Source: an uncultured bacterium (GTDB lineage Bacteria > SAR324 > NAC60-12). From it: a stretch of DNA of 64,000 bases. Shown piece by piece: positions 58,891-64,000 of the stretch. The DNA is taken from the NCBI GenBank assembly GCA_964010765.1, contig CAXGMD010000003.1, forward strand, positions 4,212 through 68,211. The letters run 5' to 3'. Under the pieces are notes generated by a model. It had not been told where the DNA came from and ran no database searches. It saw only the letters and a program-made list of their open reading frames with translations. Each line of letters begins with the position of its first letter. The first letter of the stretch is position 1. The position numbers and the translations under genes were made by a program.

Positions 58891-61287
58891 TCAGGCAACC
58901 GTTTCAGTACCATCTGTCGGAAGTTCTTCTCCGGCAGTGGTTGGTACCTCAAGCAAGGCTGGGTGATGTTCCAAGGCAATGTTAAGGGCGTCATTCACGT
59001 TATATACCGCTCGAATCCGCAGTCCATCTGTAATTTCAGCTGGAATTTCAGCCAGATCTTTCTCATTTTCCACAGGGATTACAACCGTTGAAAACATGCC
59101 CCGACGAGCAGCTAGTAGTTTCTCCTTCAACCCACCTATTTCTGTGACATGTCCCCGGAGAGTGATCTCACCCGTCATCGCTACTTCGTTGCGAACTGGG
59201 ATCTGGGTAAAAGCACTAACAATTGCTGTAATCAACGGCAACCCAGCAGACGGACCATCTTTGGGAGTCGCTCCTTCCGGCAAGTGAATATGTAGATCTC
59301 GCTTTTTGAAGAGCTTATGATCGATGCGAAGTGACTCCGCATTGCTGCGTACCCATGAATATGCAGCTTTGGCAGACTCCTGCATCACATCACCCAATTT
59401 ACCAGTCAGGGACAATTTACCACCTCCCGGCATCAGTCCAACTTCCACCAGCATGGTTTCTCCGCCCAGTGAAGTGACACCTAAGCCCATTGCTACGCCC
59501 ACCTCGTTGTGATCATTCTTGCGATCCCTCGGTGGGTGTGGCACTCCCAAGCACTTGTGTACCAATTTCGGCGTCACCATCATGTTCTTCTTCTCTTCAG
59601 AACGAACCAACTGGGTGACTACTTTCCGACAAATCTTGCCAAGTTCCCGCTCCAGATTACGCACACCGGCCTCACGAGTATAGCTTCGGATCACTTCTTC
59701 CACCGCAGCCTTGCGGAAACGTAACTGTTCGGCTATCAAACCGTGCAGTTTTCGTTGTCTTGGAATGATAAAATCTTCTGCGATTCGAACTTTCTCCAGT
59801 TCAGTATAACCCGACAAGCGAATCACCTCCATCCGGTCCAGCAAAGGAGCAGTGATCTGCTGAGTAGAATTGGCCGTACAGATGAACAGTACGTCTGACA
59901 AATCGTATTCAACTTCCAGGTAGTGATCCGTGAAGGTGTTGTTTTGTTCTGGATCCAAAACTTCAAGCATGGCTGCTGAAGGATCACTGATCACGCTTTG
60001 GTAGAGTTTATCGATCTCATCAATCAACAGTACTGGATTATTGCTACTCGCCTTGCGTAAAGACTGGATGATCTTCCCTGGTAAGGCACCGATGTATGTT
60101 CTACGGTGACCACGGATCTCTGCCTCGTCACGCACGCCTCCCAGGCTCATCCTGACAAATTTTCGATCCAACGCTCTTGCAATTGACTTTGCCAATGACG
60201 TCTTACCCACTCCTGGAGGACCAGTCAAACAGATGATCGGCCCTTTCAAAGAACCTCGCAGGTGAGCTACCGCAAGATATTCGACGATGCGCTCCTTGAC
60301 CTTCTCCAGTCCATAGTGATCCTCATCCAAGATTTTCTGCGCACGAATCAGATCAAAGTTATCTTGGGTCTTCTTGCTCCAAGGCATAGAGACGAGCCAC
60401 TCCAGATAATTCCGAACCACGTTAGCTTCGGAGGACAGTGGCGACATCATCTGTAATTTTTTCAGTTCCTTACGAGCCTCTTCCTCCACACCCTCAGGCA
60501 TTTTTGCTTCTGTAATCTTTTGATCCATTTCCTCCGACTCTGTCTGCCCATCGTCGGCTTGGCCTAATTCTTTCTGAATGGAACGTAGTTGATCCTGCAG
60601 GTAAGTTTCTTTCTGCGAGCGAGAAATTTGCTCTTCCACCTGCTTTTTCAGTTTATCTTCCAAGCGGTTGATCTCCAACTCGCTTCTCATAAATTGACGC
60701 ACAAGTTCAAGGCGATGACGAAGTTCAAGGGCTTCGAGGAGCTGTTGTTTCTGCTCTCTACCAATATCCAAAACCGGGGCAATCAGATCGGCTACTAAAA
60801 AAGATGAAGCTTTCTGCAGGCGTTTGCGAGCTTCCTCTCGAGCCTTATTTTTTACCAATTTAGTGTATTCATCGAACATCTTCCGAACATCATCTACCAG
60901 GCTCCGCATGCCGTCTTCCTCCCCTTCTTCCAGTTCAATCAGACGAATTCTAGCCAGGTATTCATTACGCTCCAAACTGCTCTCGAGGAGCTGTGCTCGC
61001 TGCTCTCCCTCGAAGAGGGCCTTGACCGTTCCATTTGGCAACCGCATTACCTGTAACACTTTCCCAAGAACACCATACTCGTAAAGATCTGACTGTTTTG
61101 GGCTCTCGACATTTGGATTGCGCTGAGTAACAACAAAAATATGACGATCTTCGCTAAGCGCACGGTCCAAGGCTTCCATCGAAGCTTTTCGGCCTACGAA
61201 AAAAGGTGTAGTCATCCCTGGAAAAATGACTTCTTCCCGCATTGGGAGCATCGGCACGGTTCTGATCTCAGCGTTCGCAACAAACAT
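58891..61287 (-). CDS. lon: Lon protease (endopeptidase La)
   Basis: GPPGVGKTS, GHRRTYIGA, LLIDEIDK, PKDGPSAG (Ser), IGGLKEK (Lys). Confidence 0.97.
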   Translation of the reverse strand: MFVANAEIRTVPMLPMREEVIFPGMTTPFFVGRKASMEALDRALSEDRHIFVVTQRNPNVESPKQSDLYEYGVLGKVLQVMRLPNGTVKALFEGEQRAQLLESSLERNEYLARIRLIELEEGEEDGMRSLVDDVRKMFDEYTKLVKNKAREEARKRLQKASSFLVADLIAPVLDIGREQKQQLLEALELRHRLELVRQFMRSELEINRLEDKLKKQVEEQISRSQKETYLQDQLRSIQKELGQADDGQTESEEMDQKITEAKMPEGVEEEARKELKKLQMMSPLSSEANVVRNYLEWLVSMPWSKKTQDNFDLIRAQKILDEDHYGLEKVKERIVEYLAVAHLRGSLKGPIICLTGPPGVGKTSLAKSIARALDRKFVRMSLGGVRDEAEIRGHRRTYIGALPGKIIQSLRKASSNNPVLLIDEIDKLYQSVISDPSAAMLEVLDPEQNNTFTDHYLEVEYDLSDVLFICTANSTQQITAPLLDRMEVIRLSGYTELEKVRIAEDFIIPRQRKLHGLIAEQLRFRKAAVEEVIRSYTREAGVRNLERELGKICRKVVTQLVRSEEKKNMMVTPKLVHKCLGVPHPPRDRKNDHNEVGVAMGLGVTSLGGETMLVEVGLMPGGGKLSLTGKLGDVMQESAKAAYSWVRSNAESLRIDHKLFKKRDLHIHLPEGATPKDGPSAGLPLITAIVSAFTQIPVRNEVAMTGEITLRGHVTEIGGLKEKLLAARRGMFSTVVIPVENEKDLAEIPAEITDGLRIRAVYNVNDALNIALEHHPALLEVPTTAGEELPTDGTETVA

Positions 61288-61477
61288 GGAACTGTCTCGG
61301 TTGAAGGACTCAAGATTGATTAGAAAGACTTATTATATTAGAGAAAATATGCTTAAGGAACAAGTTCTGGAATTCAGTCACTGATCATGAGTTGCATTGT
61401 TTTATCGACATTCCCCCAGCAAGCCGATAAAGTAATTTTCTACTGATTTTGCTAAGTTTTCAATATGGAGAACTACT

Positions 61478-63310
61478 ATGAAGCGACTACTCTGCTGGGG
61501 ATTCTGTGCCCTATCGTTTTTGTGGGTCAGCTCGGTTGCTGCCAACGAAGAATTACCATTACGCCATGCACTGGCCATGAATGGTGAACCTAAATATTCA
61601 GCGGACTTCACCCACTTCGAATATGCGAACCCAAACGCACCCAAAGGAGGCCAACTTCATCAGAGCGTGATTGGCACCTACGACAGTTTTCACCCTTTCA
61701 TTCCGAAAGGTGTCGGTGCTGAGGATATCGGGCTGATCTATGAAACCCTAATGATTAGTTCGCAGGATGAGCCTTTCACCGAATATGGCCTCCTCGCAGC
61801 ACATGTTCAGATGCCTGAAGACCGATCCTTTGTGATTTTCCATCTGCACCCAGATGCCAAGTTCCATGATGGAGCATCAGTCAAGCCTGCCGATGTGATT
61901 TTCACCTTCAACTCACTGTTAGAGAAAGGTGATCCCTTTTACAAGAAATATTACAAAGATGTGCAGTCTGTGACTGATCTTGGTGAAGGACGAGTACGCT
62001 TTGACTTCGGGGATAGCACTAACCAGGAATTACCTTTGATTGTCGGCCAACTCCCAGTGCTTCCACAGCACTATTGGGAGAATCGAGACTTTGGAGAGTC
62101 AACGCTGGAACCTCCCTTGGGAAGTGGTCCTTACCGCATTGCCGAGTTCGAAGCAGGCAAGACAATTACCTACGAACGTGTGCCAGACTATTGGGGTAAA
62201 GATCGACCTGCGCAACGTGGCCATTACAACTTTGACCGCATTCGTTACGACTACTACCGCGACAGCACTGTTGCTCTAGAAGCCTTTAACGCCGGTGAGT
62301 ACAACTTCCGCCAAGAAAACACCTCCAAAGACTGGGCCACGATGTACAATGGCCCCAAATACGAACAACAATTGATCATTAAGGAAGAGATTCACCACGA
62401 ACTTCCCCGTGGAATGCAAGGCTTCGCATATAACTTGAGACGACCCATCTTCCAGGACGCTCGAGTTCGGGAAGCACTGGGCTATGCTTTCGATTTTGAA
62501 TGGAGCAATCAGAACCTCTTCTATGGCCAGTATCGCAGAAGTACTAGCTACTACACCAACTCTGAAATGGCTTCCTCCGGCCTACCTTCAGAAGCAGAGC
62601 TAAAGTATCTAGAACCCCTGAAGGATCAGCTACCTCCAGAAGTTTTTACTACGGAATTTAGGGTTCCAGTCAGTGATGGATCCGGGAATTTACGTTCCCA
62701 ATTGCGTCAAGCTGGTGCGCTACTAAGCGCTGCTGGCTGGCAAGTAGATGCTAATAGTCGCAAGCGCGTCAACAACGCCGGCGAATCCTTCAGCTTTGAA
62801 ATCCTGCTGGTTTCTCCAGCTTTCGAGCGCATCGTACTGCCCTTCAAGAAAAATTTGGAGCGTTTGGGAATTGACATGAGCGTGCGAGTCGTGGACCCCT
62901 CACAATATGTCAACCGCCTACGTAGCTTCGATTTCGACATGGTTGTCACCGTGGTCGGACAATCGCTCTCACCTGGCAATGAACAGCGCGAGTTCTGGCA
63001 CTCGGAATCTGCGGATTTAGAAGGCAGCCGCAATCTGATGGGAATCCGTAATCCAGCTGTCGATCAACTTGTTGAATCGCTAATTGCTGCACCAAATCGC
63101 CAGGAATTGATCACTCGTACGAGAGCCCTTGACCGAGCCTTGCTCTGGAACCACTACCTGATTCCACATTGGCACATCAACTATTTCCGAGTGGGCTACT
63201 GGAATCGATTCTCTCGCCCCGCGATCACACCCAAGTATGGTCTTGGACTGCTGACCTGGTGGGAAGACCCAACCAAAGCTGCCAAGGTTGACAGCCAGAA
63301 CAAAAACTAA
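61478..63310 (+). CDS. Peptide ABC transporter substrate-binding protein, YejA-like
   Basis: HALAMNGEPKY..FTHFEYANPNAPKGG, PLGSGPY, YYRD, RALDRALLW. Confidence 0.92.
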   Translation: MKRLLCWGFCALSFLWVSSVAANEELPLRHALAMNGEPKYSADFTHFEYANPNAPKGGQLHQSVIGTYDSFHPFIPKGVGAEDIGLIYETLMISSQDEPFTEYGLLAAHVQMPEDRSFVIFHLHPDAKFHDGASVKPADVIFTFNSLLEKGDPFYKKYYKDVQSVTDLGEGRVRFDFGDSTNQELPLIVGQLPVLPQHYWENRDFGESTLEPPLGSGPYRIAEFEAGKTITYERVPDYWGKDRPAQRGHYNFDRIRYDYYRDSTVALEAFNAGEYNFRQENTSKDWATMYNGPKYEQQLIIKEEIHHELPRGMQGFAYNLRRPIFQDARVREALGYAFDFEWSNQNLFYGQYRRSTSYYTNSEMASSGLPSEAELKYLEPLKDQLPPEVFTTEFRVPVSDGSGNLRSQLRQAGALLSAAGWQVDANSRKRVNNAGESFSFEILLVSPAFERIVLPFKKNLERLGIDMSVRVVDPSQYVNRLRSFDFDMVVTVVGQSLSPGNEQREFWHSESADLEGSRNLMGIRNPAVDQLVESLIAAPNRQELITRTRALDRALLWNHYLIPHWHINYFRVGYWNRFSRPAITPKYGLGLLTWWEDPTKAAKVDSQNKN

Positions 63311-63333
63311 CCACACCTCCTAAGACCACAGAT

Positions 63334-63364
63334 CAGAGGCTTTTTCTCTAGCAAAGAGCCTCTG
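63334..63364 (+). terminator. Hairpin after SBP gene (no U tract)
   Basis: CAGAGGCTTTTT-7 nt-AAAGAGCCTCTG, 12-bp stem with one G-U. Confidence 0.45.
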
Positions 63365-63426
63365 CCATTCCACAGTTGTTGGATAATCCGTTTTCTTCAA
63401 GATCGTCTTCATTCGAATTGGAATGA

Positions 63427-63453
63427 TTAGCACTCATTGATGGATAGTGCTAT
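63427..63453 (+). promoter_or_regulatory. CIRCE element 1 (HrcA operator)
   Basis: TTAGCACTC-N9-TAGTGCTAT, 2 mismatches to TTAGCACTC-N9-GAGTGCTAA. Confidence 0.8.
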
Positions 63454-63460
63454 TTTTCTC

Positions 63461-63489
63461 TTGATTTCTCAAACTGGCTTGGATAAGTT
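63461..63489 (+). promoter_or_regulatory. Sigma70-like groESL promoter between the two CIRCEs
   Basis: TTGATT-17 nt-TAAGTT. Confidence 0.55.
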
Positions 63490-63490
63490 T

Positions 63491-63517
63491 TTAGCACTCA
63501 CTTCAACCGAATGCTAA
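63491..63517 (+). promoter_or_regulatory. CIRCE element 2 (HrcA operator)
   Basis: TTAGCACTC-N9-GAATGCTAA, 1 mismatch. Confidence 0.9.
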
Positions 63518-63568
63518 TACTGGCATTCACTTGGAGCTAACCTTAAAATCGTTCGCAAAAGGAGAACC

Positions 63569-63850
63569 ATGATTCGTCCACTGCAAGATCGCATTTTGGT
63601 GAAACGCATTGAGGCGGAAGAGAAGACCTCCGGCGGTATCATCATTCCAGACACCGCTAAGGAGAAGCCACAAGAAGGTGAAGTCGTTGCTGTCGGTAAG
63701 GGCAAGCGTCTGGACAATGGCAATGTGATTGAGCCAGATGTGAAAGCTGGTGATCGCGTTCTTTTCAGCAAGTACGGCGGCACCGAAGTCAAGGTAGATG
63801 GTCAGGATTATCTGATCATGCGTGAAGATGACATTCTCGGCGTCCTCTGA
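63569..63850 (+). CDS. groES: Co-chaperonin GroES
   Basis: [46 protein letters not shown]. Confidence 0.98.
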   Translation: MIRPLQDRILVKRIEAEEKTSGGIIIPDTAKEKPQEGEVVAVGKGKRLDNGNVIEPDVKAGDRVLFSKYGGTEVKVDGQDYLIMREDDILGVL

Positions 63851-63867
63851 TTCAATCCTCCCGCTAA

Positions 63868-64000
<133 letters not shown>

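Noticed and set aside
63520-63546. Third CIRCE (CTGGCATTC...)
   Set aside because: Three mismatches in the left arm and no right arm at N9.

Overview
Core-chromosome segment of a free-living Gram-negative bacterium; gene content and sequence style resemble deltaproteobacteria-like marine lineages such as SAR324 (inference only, no search run). I found no prophage, IS, CRISPR, tRNA or rRNA. Main blocks: (1) alternative complex III operon actABCDEF (0.5-8.3 kb, no actG); (2) mpl-FGE-like-DUF4105 operon, then a cytochrome c'/cytochrome c/CopG cluster and ccmF-ccmG (9.4-19 kb); (3) vWA protein plus HelD-like helicase, an enlarged PBP1A, pepP, miaB, MltD-LysM, argB; (4) A1-type aa3 oxidase operon with two subunit III genes, two small accessory ORFs (one 33-aa ORF missing from the ORF track) and a Csd6/Bd1075-like L,D-transpeptidase; (5) Grx4-rhodanese fusion, IscA, double YggT; (6) an Ig-repeat/beta-barrel surface protein, a doubly frameshifted ROK regulator and a PagL-like barrel; (7) lon-thrS-hypothetical-asnS-GT4-prmA string, an orphan YejA-like SBP and groES-groEL behind two CIRCE elements. 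The least explained signals are a paralogous pair of TerB-like/beta-domain proteins (one fused to a DUF2225-like Zn/helical domain), an ActB that keeps the FS0 cysteine motif with a non-lipoprotein ActE, the small cox-operon proteins, and the Grx-rhodanese/IscA module.
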